In this document: positions 1-8,013 of the stretch, one piece after another | Numbering within the stretch: position 1 is the first letter of the stretch | How the letters are laid out: each line of letters starts with the position of its first letter | Virus record (IMG/VR): IMGVR_UViG_2654587569_000016 | Strand: one strand, 5' to 3' | Length of the DNA stretch: 23,925 nt | Source of the DNA: a virus | Taxonomy: Duplodnaviria; Heunggongvirae; Uroviricota; Caudoviricetes | The notes under the pieces: model-generated | Seen by the model: the letters and a program-made list of their open reading frames with translations, nothing else | Databases searched by the model: none | What the model was told of the DNA's origin: nothing | Position numbers and translations under genes: made by a program

Positions 1-1314
1 CTAACCCACTGATTTTAATAAGTCTCTTGTGTCACTTTGGTGACCATGGGACATCATTGGGACATAATCTGCCAGCTTCTGATTCAGCATTGCGATCTGT
101 TCTGCATTACTGTCAGTCATCCATGCTCCGTATACATTGAACACCATCTGGGCACTTGCATGGCCCATCTGGCTGGCAATGAAGCTTGGGTTTGCTCCGG
201 CAGATAATGACCAGCACGCATAAGTGTGTCGTGACTGGTATGCTTTCCGGTGCCTGATGCCCGCACGCTTAATGGCTGTTTCCCATGAGTCGCCAATAGA
301 ATCTACCTTGTAGATAAAACCGACCTGTTTGCTTTTTCTAACCACCTGGGGGTTAAATACGAAAGTACATTCATGATTCACTGAACGCCCATATTCACGT
401 AGTTGAACCTTGATGTGGTGCTGCTTACCCAGTCTTGTCATTTCAGCCTGATTTTTCAGGACACTGATAGCGGGCTGGATAAGATGCACAACCCTGTTTG
501 TACTTGCTTCAGTTTTAGGTAGAGCGAACTCACCGAGTTTCGTATAATTGCGCCTGATAGTAATAGTTCCTGCTTTCAGATCGATATCTTCCCAGGCCAG
601 GGAGACCAGTTCACCGTGACGCATTCCTGTGTACACAGCCAATGACCACAGGTTTTTCGTCTGCTGATGTCGGCAAGCATCTATCAGGCGAATAAATTCG
701 TCACGAGTTAGCGGATCTGGCTCTGCCCTGGCTCTTTTAAGAGGCTTAATTCCCTGGAAAGGATTTGCTTCTAGGTAACCGTGATCTGCAGCAAACTGAA
801 ACATTCCAGCGATTGTCGTCATGTAATAATTTACAGTAACGACGCTCCGTCCTTTTGCTGCTGCTTTGTTTTTCGTTGAATTCTGATATCCGGTCAGCAA
901 ATCTTTCCTGATATACAGCAATTCCTCTTTAGTTACCGATGACACCAGTCTGCTGCCTCCAATTTTCGGAACCATCGTTCTTGCAACGGATTCATAGCGA
1001 TTGAATGCATTTGCAGAGATTTCCATTCGTTTCAGATCCAGCCACTTTTCTTCAAGTTCCTTCACCGTAATTTCTTTTTTACTTACCCCAAAAGCCTTGA
1101 GGTTAGGAGAGTCAGGGAACTGCGCAGCGTAATCAAAGTTTCCTGTACGAATAGCAAAACATACAGATGTCCGCAGCTCTCCGGCGATCTTCCTGTTCTT
1201 GGCAGTGTCAGGGACACCAAGATTTTCCCTGACACGTTTACCTTTAAAATTAAACCAGATGCGTAATGTGCCACCGTGGTTTTCGACGCCTGTTGGATAT
1301 TTGACTTTATCCAT
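1..1314 (-). CDS. int: Tyrosine-type site-specific integrase, complete (stop codon at 1-3)
   Basis: 437-aa ORF with tyrosine recombinase catalytic region (RHGEL, SRHTYA, C-terminal VYGAW tyrosine); sits at the prophage edge next to an excisionase-like gene. Confidence 0.9.
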   Translation of the reverse strand: MDKVKYPTGVENHGGTLRIWFNFKGKRVRENLGVPDTAKNRKIAGELRTSVCFAIRTGNFDYAAQFPDSPNLKAFGVSKKEITVKELEEKWLDLKRMEISANAFNRYESVARTMVPKIGGSRLVSSVTKEELLYIRKDLLTGYQNSTKNKAAAKGRSVVTVNYYMTTIAGMFQFAADHGYLEANPFQGIKPLKRARAEPDPLTRDEFIRLIDACRHQQTKNLWSLAVYTGMRHGELVSLAWEDIDLKAGTITIRRNYTKLGEFALPKTEASTNRVVHLIQPAISVLKNQAEMTRLGKQHHIKVQLREYGRSVNHECTFVFNPQVVRKSKQVGFIYKVDSIGDSWETAIKRAGIRHRKAYQSRHTYACWSLSAGANPSFIASQMGHASAQMVFNVYGAWMTDSNAEQIAMLNQKLADYVPMMSHGHQSDTRDLLKSVG

Positions 1315-1369
1315 TGATACCTCCAGACACCCAAGAGCGATACGAGCTTACATACTTCATGGCATTAAA

Positions 1370-1606
1370 TCACCCAGGTTGTTTGTTTTTCATTGAAGCA
1401 ACCCAGGCATCTATTGCTTTTCTGTTATACATACATTCACTGGAAGGCTTTGGATTACCGTCTGGTGATACGTGAATATACTCTCTTCCAACCATCCAGC
1501 ATTCTTTCCGGGCCCGAAGAATTGTGCCTGGTTTGAGCCCGGTAATTGCGATTAGAACGCTTTCACAAACCCATTCATTGGGAGCCAGTTGAATCACATT
1601 GCCCAT
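1370..1606 (-). CDS. xis: Excisionase, lambda Xis-like
   Basis: 78 aa; NEW...KECWMVGREYIH pattern resembles lambda Xis (EW...RECRIF...GREYLF); immediately upstream of int on the same strand. Confidence 0.6.
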   Translation of the reverse strand: MGNVIQLAPNEWVCESVLIAITGLKPGTILRARKECWMVGREYIHVSPDGNPKPSSECMYNRKAIDAWVASMKNKQPG

Positions 1607-1764
1607 GCATTACCTCACACAACACTCAGCCCACGGCAGTGGCACCACACTTCAAACATTCGTTTCACAATTTCACGACAGTAGAAACCGTCAACATCTC
1701 GTGTCAGGTCATAGCGATTGCCGTAACGCTGGTGGACCCATCGTTCAAATGCTTTATTCATTCT

Positions 1765-2007
1765 TTACTTCCTTTTCATGGCTCGTAATTTTTTCAGATG
1801 AGCTTCCTGCTCTGTTTCTGCCAGAATTTGTCGGTATTCCTGGTGATCGATCCGTTCAAACAGTTCATTAAAATCGTTTATTTTTACCGACTGTGTTCGC
1901 CCATCCATTCTTCTGTACAACACGATATTATTTATGCAGCGAATAATTTTTACCGGGTAACCGGCACTGTCGGTATACAGTTGCCCTTGATTAATCAAAG
2001 CGAACAT
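1765..2007 (-). CDS. Hypothetical protein (80 aa from internal ATG)
   Basis: ORF track extends to 2103, but the ATG at 2007 is preceded by AGGAG at a 5-6 nt spacing; no recognisable domain. Confidence 0.45.
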   Translation of the reverse strand: MFALINQGQLYTDSAGYPVKIIRCINNIVLYRRMDGRTQSVKINDFNELFERIDHQEYRQILAETEQEAHLKKLRAMKRK

Positions 2008-2038
2008 TTTTTCTCCTGTTCCCTGAGTTGTGAGAACT

Positions 2039-2398
2039 TCAGAGCCGTATGTTTGTAGCGGGTTCAATACTGATAATTTCTGCTGAGATAAGCATTCCGG
2101 CAAGCCATAGCTCTCCGATCAAGTTTTCATCCTTGCATTTCACGCCGCCGATATTAATGGTGGCGATGATATCGCGCTCATCCTCGACTTCTTCATAAGG
2201 CAGCGTTTCGTACAGGCTTTCAATAGCGCAACTGATAACATCGAGTCCGGTCAGGTTGCCACCGACAGTGACTTCGAATGTTTCGCGGTATTCCCATAGC
2301 CCGAAAATTAATCGAACGGTTTGTTTTGCCATGCGTCCGCATAACGTCAGATTTGGGTCATAGTTCATTATTTGCGGTTGAGTATTATGAGTGTTCAT
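2039..2398 (-). CDS. Hypothetical protein (119 aa)
   Basis: Clean ORF with AAGGGA upstream of the ATG; downstream of the SPFH gene in the same leftward operon; no recognisable domain. Confidence 0.5.
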   Translation of the reverse strand: MNTHNTQPQIMNYDPNLTLCGRMAKQTVRLIFGLWEYRETFEVTVGGNLTGLDVISCAIESLYETLPYEEVEDERDIIATINIGGVKCKDENLIGELWLAGMLISAEIISIEPATNIRL

Positions 2399-2438
2399 CT
2401 GCTTTTCCCTTAGCCCGGCGGCCTGCCGGGCATATAAG

Positions 2439-3266
2439 TTATTTAACCTGGATAAAGGGTGTATTGGCTCCGCTGGTCATGTATTGCGGCAGTGTGCCGT
2501 TCCATTTATTGATGGCTTCCAGCTCCATAACTCCGGGGTTCTGGCGCAGAGCTTCACCGCGTAAACGAATAGCATCGGCTTCGGCCTGGGCTTTTGTGCG
2601 AATTGCATCTGCCTGTCCGGCAGCCTCCGCACGCAACATGTTGGCTTCCGCTTCGCGCTGTTTTACTTCCTGCTCGCGTTGCAGGGTTTTCTGGTTTGCC
2701 GTGACTTTGGCGTTAATGCTGTCGATAACGGTTGGCGGGTACTCCGGTTTACCTACATAAGACAGGCTCATTACCTGAATACCGATGGGCGTCATTTCTG
2801 CCTGAATATCTTTTAGAGCTGCATCCAGTAGTTCAGATTTGCCACCGTCGATAAATTTATCAGTGGTCATTTTGCTGGCCAGCCGATTTAGTGCATCTGC
2901 TATCTTCTGGCGCAGGTCGGTGTCGGTAATGTCATCCACACCTTTGCGGTAGGTTTGAAACACCGTGGTAACTTTGGATGGATCAACCTTGTAGGCTACT
3001 CCGATGTGGTAACCAATGGTTGTTCCATCGCTCATCTGGAAACTGAATGGATCATCGTAGGTCTTCATCTGCTTAAAGGTCGGGAAGATATAAACTTCAG
3101 TGTTCCAGCCTGTCCAGTAGCGACCAACACCGACCACTTCACCGACGCCTTTGTCGTCGCCAAGTTTGTTGACTTTGATGCCCACATTACCAGGCTCAAC
3201 ACGATCACAACCGACAAGGCCAATGGCAGGCAGAACAATGGCTAAAGAAAAAATAATTTTTTTCAT
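2439..3266 (-). CDS. SPFH/band-7 (prohibitin-homology) domain lipoprotein
   Basis: 275 aa; N-terminal signal peptide with lipobox (LVGC); central band-7-like region and alanine/glutamate-rich coiled-coil tail (EAEANMLRAEAAGQADAIRTKAQAEADAIR); AAGGA RBS; ATGA overlap with the upstream gene. Confidence 0.8.
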   Translation of the reverse strand: MKKIIFSLAIVLPAIGLVGCDRVEPGNVGIKVNKLGDDKGVGEVVGVGRYWTGWNTEVYIFPTFKQMKTYDDPFSFQMSDGTTIGYHIGVAYKVDPSKVTTVFQTYRKGVDDITDTDLRQKIADALNRLASKMTTDKFIDGGKSELLDAALKDIQAEMTPIGIQVMSLSYVGKPEYPPTVIDSINAKVTANQKTLQREQEVKQREAEANMLRAEAAGQADAIRTKAQAEADAIRLRGEALRQNPGVMELEAINKWNGTLPQYMTSGANTPFIQVK

Positions 3267-3451
3267 CTTTTATCCTTAGTGAAAGAAAGCCCCTTATAAA
3301 TGGCATAAATGCATGGCGGGGTCAGAAACGCCAGTGCAAAGCCAGAAATTACCGCTACCGTATCCTTCATTGATATCAGAAACGGGACGAGTAATCCGTA
3401 AATGCATGAGATAATTGCCAGTGATATGACTATTCTGAAATAAATATTCAT
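3263..3451 (-). CDS. Small two-pass membrane protein (62 aa)
   Basis: Two hydrophobic helices (IVISLAIISCIYGLLVPFLI and VISGFALAFLTPPCIYAIY); start and stop codons overlap both neighbours as ATGA. Confidence 0.6.
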   Translation of the reverse strand: MNIYFRIVISLAIISCIYGLLVPFLISMKDTVAVISGFALAFLTPPCIYAIYKGLSFTKDKR

Positions 3452-3726
3452 GCTCCTCCTGATATCTTTCTGATTGCCTTTTTCAACTTTTTACTGTTAT
3501 TCACGCTACAGTAAATTTCGGCAATCTCACGTGATAACATTATTTCTCCACTGTTTTTATCTATAGCAACGAGACCGGGATTGTCTCGTATGAGTTTCTT
3601 TATCATTGGCATTGCCATAAACTCTTCTGGCGTATAGATGCGTGTATGGCGGCGAACGTGTTTTATCACAGGTGTTTTATGTTTTGACTCAACCTGAAAT
3701 ACATTAATTTTATTCTGATTTGACAT
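3448..3726 (-). CDS. Hypothetical protein (92 aa), first gene of the coupled SPFH triplet
   Basis: ORF whose stop overlaps the start of the membrane peptide; basic, no recognisable domain. Confidence 0.55.
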   Translation of the reverse strand: MSNQNKINVFQVESKHKTPVIKHVRRHTRIYTPEEFMAMPMIKKLIRDNPGLVAIDKNSGEIMLSREIAEIYCSVNNSKKLKKAIRKISGGA

Positions 3727-3728
3727 AT

Positions 3729-4310
3729 TTAATGTGCCACTGGTGTTTCTGGCATACCATGAGTATTCAGATCGTGAATCATTTCATCCAGAAGAAGTTC
3801 AAGCCCTTCTCGTCCCATAGCAGAGACAATGAAGCCATTATCAGGATCTGCGATGAGCATTTTTTGATAGAGAAACAGAACTCGCCCCATGCCTTCAGCT
3901 TCGCCATATTTTTCAATGAATCCCCATTCGACATGGTTTTGCAGGGCAATGCGAATTGGTTCAGGGTATATACTCATGCAACCATATTTCCCCTTATAAA
4001 TAACTGCACGATATGTAGTCCCATTATCGTTAGGGATATCAACGGTGCCGTTCCTGACTTCCTCTTCATTTATAAACGTCGTAACATACAGCCAGCGCCA
4101 TTGAGCAACTTTCATATCGACGGATAATTTTCCCAGCAATCCGGCATCATCCGCTTCAGCAAGGCACTGAAGAATTCTTAAACCGCGTGAATTTGGATAA
4201 TCATATTCACCATCATTAAGTCGCTGTACGGCCTCGGCATAATCTATGGTTGTATTGCCAATTTTTATACCGTGTGGCGTAACTTCTGGTCGGAACTCTG
4301 AATGATTCAT
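3729..4310 (-). CDS. Hypothetical protein (194 aa from internal ATG)
   Basis: ATG at 4310 preceded by AAAGGAG; ORF track offers a longer alternative to 4367; ends 2 nt from the next gene. Confidence 0.55.
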   Translation of the reverse strand: MNHSEFRPEVTPHGIKIGNTTIDYAEAVQRLNDGEYDYPNSRGLRILQCLAEADDAGLLGKLSVDMKVAQWRWLYVTTFINEEEVRNGTVDIPNDNGTTYRAVIYKGKYGCMSIYPEPIRIALQNHVEWGFIEKYGEAEGMGRVLFLYQKMLIADPDNGFIVSAMGREGLELLLDEMIHDLNTHGMPETPVAH

Positions 4311-4495
4311 AATGTTTGCTCCTTTGCTGGTGGAATAATAGTGTAACCCGCTCGTTTTACCATCCACAAAAATGTATCCGTGCAGCCAACAAATTCATTA
4401 TCCAACAGATGTTTTGAGTGAATTACCTTCCCATTTTCAATGGTCAACAACACTCTGACTTTTTCATGTGTTATGTTCTGTTCTTTTTCTTCCAT
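4307..4495 (-). CDS. Hypothetical small protein (about 62 aa)
   Basis: ATG at 4495 preceded by GGGAGA at 8 nt; stop overlaps the start of the downstream gene. Confidence 0.45.
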   Translation of the reverse strand: MEEKEQNITHEKVRVLLTIENGKVIHSKHLLDNEFVGCTDTFLWMVKRAGYTIIPPAKEQTL

Positions 4496-4695
4496 TGATT
4501 TATCTCCCATATGCTTTGCGCAAATACAGGTTGGCTATATGAAGATAAGAATCTCCATGTTGTGCAATGAGGCAGGCAGTTTTATACGATGCCTTATTTT
4601 TCAGGAAAGTCATAACTGAGTTCCATCTGTGAATAAAGGTTGTAACAATCCCCGGCGATAAAACCGTAATAAACGTTCAGGGCATATTTATTGTG

Positions 4696-5052
4696 CTAAT
4701 TATTTTCGGCAGCAGCTTTTGCATACTCACATGCAAAATTCAGAATTTCGCTGCCGAGTGTTTTCGTTTCGTGATTACTGGAAATATGTAATACCTGTGT
4801 TGCATGCAATAAATGATAAACATTTACCGCAAATGAATCAGGCTCCAGACAAATGCCTTCATAATCATCTTGTTGTGAGGTTGTTTCTGTCATTGCTCCT
4901 GAAGTGCATGCGAGCCTGTTTTTGACAATTCTCTTTCCTCTAATCACTATATCGGCAACATCTATTGCCTTTACAACCTCCGGGAGAAGTTCCTGGTTTG
5001 TATAATCAAAGTTATCAACATGGAGAACAGTTATGTTTTCGAACTTTTTCAT
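4696..5052 (-). CDS. Hypothetical protein (118 aa)
   Basis: ORF with GAGGAAG just upstream of the ATG; no recognisable domain. Confidence 0.5.
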   Translation of the reverse strand: MKKFENITVLHVDNFDYTNQELLPEVVKAIDVADIVIRGKRIVKNRLACTSGAMTETTSQQDDYEGICLEPDSFAVNVYHLLHATQVLHISSNHETKTLGSEILNFACEYAKAAAENN

Positions 5053-5180
5053 GGCTTCCTCAGCTGACTTATATGTTCTGCTATATAGCGAGTCTCAGAA
5101 GTGTTTTCATATTGAGACTGTTTCCGCAATGATTGATAAAAATGTTCGCATGTACCTTGAGGGGCGAAGCGGCGATTATG

Positions 5181-5678
5181 TCACCATTGGTATTGGTTCT
5201 TCCGTAGAAGAGCTTCGCGAGATAAGGAGCAAACTTGTTGAGATGCGTCATGGTGTTGCTGCTCCTCACTTTTTGGTTGCTCCGGAGGAGTAACCTCGCC
5301 AGTTAACAGCCACATCGGATCGCAGCCAAGAATATTTGCCAGTGGGATAAGCATACTGATAGTTGGTTCATACTCTCCGCTCTCCCACTGGATGATAATT
5401 TCTTCATCGAGATCGAGCAGCCTGGCGAGTTCGGCTGTTGTTAAGCCGCAGGCTTCGCGTTGGGTGCTAATCCGATTCTGGGAATTAATAGCTAAATTTT
5501 GTTTGCATAAACGCGACGCTGTGAGGCTATATTTTTGAGTTACAGCCAGGATGGAGCTGGCAAGTTCAATTAACTCAGGGTTATTGCTGCTATACAGTAG
5601 TGCACCAGCCCCGACTAAGAGCTGAATATTCTCAAGAGCATCGTGCTGATTTGTTGGTAACCCCATATACGATGACAT
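5181..5678 (-). CDS. HTH (XRE-like) DNA-binding protein, first gene downstream of the PL-like promoter
   Basis: About 165 aa from the ATG at 5678 (AGAGGA at 8 nt); helix-turn-helix segment TQREACGLTTAELARLLDLDEEIIIQWESGEYEPTISMLIPLANILG; N-terminal part unrecognised. Confidence 0.65.
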   Translation of the reverse strand: MSSYMGLPTNQHDALENIQLLVGAGALLYSSNNPELIELASSILAVTQKYSLTASRLCKQNLAINSQNRISTQREACGLTTAELARLLDLDEEIIIQWESGEYEPTISMLIPLANILGCDPMWLLTGEVTPPEQPKSEEQQHHDASQQVCSLSREALLRKNQYQW

Positions 5679-5727
5679 TTTTCTCATCCTCTATAATTGT
5701 TTTGGTGAGTTCGATACCTATGCCATG

Positions 5728-5756
5728 ATAATAGGTTTGCCGATTTTTCCTGTCAA
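5728..5756 (-). promoter_or_regulatory. PL-like sigma70 promoter (TTGACA, 17-nt spacer, TATTAT) reading leftward
   Basis: On the minus strand: -35 TTGACA (plus 5751-5756), 17-nt spacer, -10 TATTAT (plus 5728-5733); flanked by CCGAT/ATCGG inverted repeats. Confidence 0.5.
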
Positions 5757-5777
5757 TCGGTTTATCGATTTCTTTCC

Positions 5778-5803
5778 AAAAAAAAGCCCACTTAAGAGTG
5801 GGC
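5778..5803 (-). terminator. Intrinsic terminator downstream of cI
   Basis: Perfect 7-bp stem GCCCACT/AGTGGGC with 4-nt loop, followed on the minus strand by eight U; 19 nt after the cI stop. Confidence 0.6.
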
Positions 5804-5821
5804 GGGTTAAATGATTTTTGC

Positions 5822-6514
5822 TTATGCAAAACGGTGTAGTGTCATAGGCCAACTGACAATTACTTTTCCGTCAATGTGAAGTTGTTCAAAGTCTTCCGGT
5901 TCGATAGCCCAATCCTTGTAAGCTGGGTTGTCAGATATCACCGTTAGAGTATCTTTGATTTTTTGAAGTCTTTTGATGTGCGATGTTCCAGAGTATGTAA
6001 AGGCGTATATACCATCACCATTAAATGCGCGAACTGATACATCTACAAATACCAAGTCTTCAGGGTCTATTGTGCCTTTCATACTGTCGCCGTGGGCGTT
6101 TATTGCTTTGATTGCTGATGCTGGCCTGCCGCCAAAAACTCTTGATGCGTATCCTGGTTCTATCGCTATAGATCTGACAATGTCAGGAAAATCAGAGTTA
6201 TAACTACCAGGTCCGCAACTATATCTGATGTCTAAAACATCCACGACATACGAATCAGTAACCCAATCCTCAGAAATGTTACGTATTTGGTGTGAGTCTG
6301 CAGAGGTCACGATTTCCATTGGGCCAACACCCGATGCGAGCCATTCCGGGTTAACGCCCAAAACTTTTGCTATTTCGACTGTTTTTCTGGAACCGTTGGC
6401 TTTGTTAAGTAGTTGATTGACACTGGACTGAGCCATACCCACTTCTTTGGCCAGCCTACCTTGCGTAAATTTTGCGTTGCGCATAGCTAAATCAAGTCGT
6501 TCTGAAAATGTCAT
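5822..6514 (-). CDS. cI: CI-type prophage repressor (HTH plus LexA-like S24 peptidase domain)
   Basis: 230 aa; N-terminal HTH (QGRLAKEVGMAQSSVNQLL); C-terminal autocleavage module with GDSM serine motif and KRL lysine; divergent from a cro-like gene. Confidence 0.9.
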   Translation of the reverse strand: MTFSERLDLAMRNAKFTQGRLAKEVGMAQSSVNQLLNKANGSRKTVEIAKVLGVNPEWLASGVGPMEIVTSADSHQIRNISEDWVTDSYVVDVLDIRYSCGPGSYNSDFPDIVRSIAIEPGYASRVFGGRPASAIKAINAHGDSMKGTIDPEDLVFVDVSVRAFNGDGIYAFTYSGTSHIKRLQKIKDTLTVISDNPAYKDWAIEPEDFEQLHIDGKVIVSWPMTLHRFA

Positions 6515-6548
6515 TGCGATTTTCCTCCCCTCTCTATCTTGGCTAGTC

Positions 6549-6564
6549 TATCGGCTTTCCGATA
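6549..6564. promoter_or_regulatory. Operator-like inverted repeat TATCGG-CTTT-CCGATA
   Basis: 6-bp inverted arms in the cI/cro intergenic region; related CCGAT/ATCGG arms flank the PL -35. Confidence 0.35.
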
Positions 6565-6582
6565 AATGTTCTAGGTTTAACG

Positions 6583-6611
6583 TTGAATATCGCTTTTCCT
6601 GTTGTTATTAT
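6583..6611 (+). promoter_or_regulatory. PR-like sigma70 promoter (TTGAAT, 17-nt spacer, TATTAT)
   Basis: -35 at 6583-6588 and -10 at 6606-6611, followed by AGGAGA and the cro ATG at 6634. Confidence 0.5.
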
Positions 6612-6633
6612 GCGTTCAATAGGAGATGCGATT

Positions 6634-6897
6634 ATGAAACATAAAGCCATAGAGAAAGCTATTGAGATTCTTGGAAGTCAGCAAGCCTTAGCCAAGCGAT
6701 GCGGAAAGGCCCAGTCAACAGTCTGCGATTGGTTGAACTGCAAGAACAAGATTTCACCAGAATTTGTGCCGTTATTGGTTGCAGCTGTCGACGGAAAGAT
6801 CCAAGCGTATGAATTTCGTCCAGACCTACCAGAGCTTTTTCCACATTCAGGCTTAGCGCACACAGAGGATGACAAGCCCACAGGAGACCAACAATGA
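6634..6897 (+). CDS. cro: Cro-like small HTH regulator
   Basis: 87 aa from the ATG at 6634 (AGGAGA at 7 nt); HTH segment (SQQALAKRCGKAQSTVCDWLN); divergent from cI. Confidence 0.7.
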   Translation: MKHKAIEKAIEILGSQQALAKRCGKAQSTVCDWLNCKNKISPEFVPLLVAAVDGKIQAYEFRPDLPELFPHSGLAHTEDDKPTGDQQ

Positions 6898-7601
6898 ACA
6901 CCGCAATTTTTAACGGCAAAGCATCCATGACCAGCGTTGAGATCGCAGAGCTGGTGGGTAGCCGCCATGACAAAGTGAAACAATCCATTGAGCGCCTTGC
7001 TGAACGAAGGATTATTCAGCTTCCCCCAATGGGGATTTCTGAAAATATCAATGGGTTAGGTTTAACTCAAAAAAGTAAGCATTATCTTTTCGAAGGTGAA
7101 CGAGGCAAACGCGACAGCATCATTGTCGTCGCACAGCTTTGTCCCGAATTCACAGCCCGCCTGGTAGATCGCTGGCGCGAACTGGAAGAACAGATCCGTA
7201 AGCCAATGAGCGAAATCGAAATGGTTGCCGCGATGGCTCTTGAAGCTGTTCGTCAGCAGAAACGGATCACTCAGGTGGAAGAAAAAGTCAGCCACGTTGC
7301 CGAAACAGTTGAGCAAATCAAAAAGGGCAACATTCGTGAGGGCTATGCCGGATATCGCCAACTGAAAGCAAAAACCGGTTTGTCAGATGATAAATGCCGC
7401 AATCTGGTGAACGCCTATCAAATTCCTACAGACACCCATGAGTTCATGACGCCGGACGGATTGTTGTCACGTCGCGCAATTGTTGCTGTGGAACCGTTTA
7501 TGGCTGCTTTTTATCGGATTATGGAGGAAGCAGAACCGCGAGGGACTCGCTGGTATCACCCGAAAATGGGGTTATTTCAGGTTATTGGTTGGCAGCGGTG
7601 A
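6894..7601 (+). CDS. Rha-like phage regulatory protein
   Basis: 235 aa; N-terminal segment SVEIAELVGSRHDKVKQSIERL and following region resemble the Rha-family signature; ATGA overlap with the cro stop. Confidence 0.6.
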   Translation: MNTAIFNGKASMTSVEIAELVGSRHDKVKQSIERLAERRIIQLPPMGISENINGLGLTQKSKHYLFEGERGKRDSIIVVAQLCPEFTARLVDRWRELEEQIRKPMSEIEMVAAMALEAVRQQKRITQVEEKVSHVAETVEQIKKGNIREGYAGYRQLKAKTGLSDDKCRNLVNAYQIPTDTHEFMTPDGLLSRRAIVAVEPFMAAFYRIMEEAEPRGTRWYHPKMGLFQVIGWQR

Positions 7602-7827
7602 AAAAAAGCCGGGTAGTGACCCGGCTCGCTCAACGTTAGTAAAGGCAACCTCACAAAGAAGTAAGCCAGTAACATCCAAGAACATTTGCGTTAGTAAAAA
7701 TACCAGTAAGCATATGAATGTTTCAAGCCAAAATATTGATTCTGTAATTTCGGGACGTTACACTGTTCCAGCACCTTATAAAGCGGGTGCCGGGGGTCGC
7801 AGCCCGGAATTGATCAAGGCGATATAC

Positions 7828-7849
7828 GACGCGCCAGCGTCTTTTTTAT
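7828..7849 (+). terminator. Candidate intrinsic terminator (tR1-like)
   Basis: Stem GACGC/GCGTC with loop GCCA followed by TTTTTTAT; lies in the untranslated gap before the next strong RBS. Confidence 0.4.
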
Positions 7850-8013
7850 CGTCTGCGCTCACGCACGCCAGAATTATGGTGGGCTGGGCAGGGGAGCCGA
7901 AAGGCTCGCCGGTTTCCTTGATCGCCGGTACTGCGAACCCTGTTCAGTTCACCACCCATGAGTTTCGCAGCTCCGGTGGTGGAAGTTTTTCACCGATCAA
8001 GGAGGCTGCCATC

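Noticed and set aside
1-1314. Integrase truncated by the window edge
   Set aside because: The reverse complement of positions 1-3 is a stop codon, so the gene is complete; the attachment site must lie just outside the window and cannot be assessed.
2278-3245. Plus-strand ORFs 2278-2760 and 2955-3245
   Set aside because: They are shadow frames opposite the well-supported SPFH gene, with alanine/arginine-rich translations typical of antisense frames.
5632-5829. 65-aa minus-strand ORF
   Set aside because: It covers the PL-like promoter and the cI terminator hairpin; it is regulatory DNA, not coding.
7480-8013. Long N-terminal extension of the second Rha-like ORF
   Set aside because: It overlaps the upstream gene, contains a terminator-like hairpin, translates to low-complexity sequence and lacks an RBS, whereas the ATG at 8014 has a strong one.
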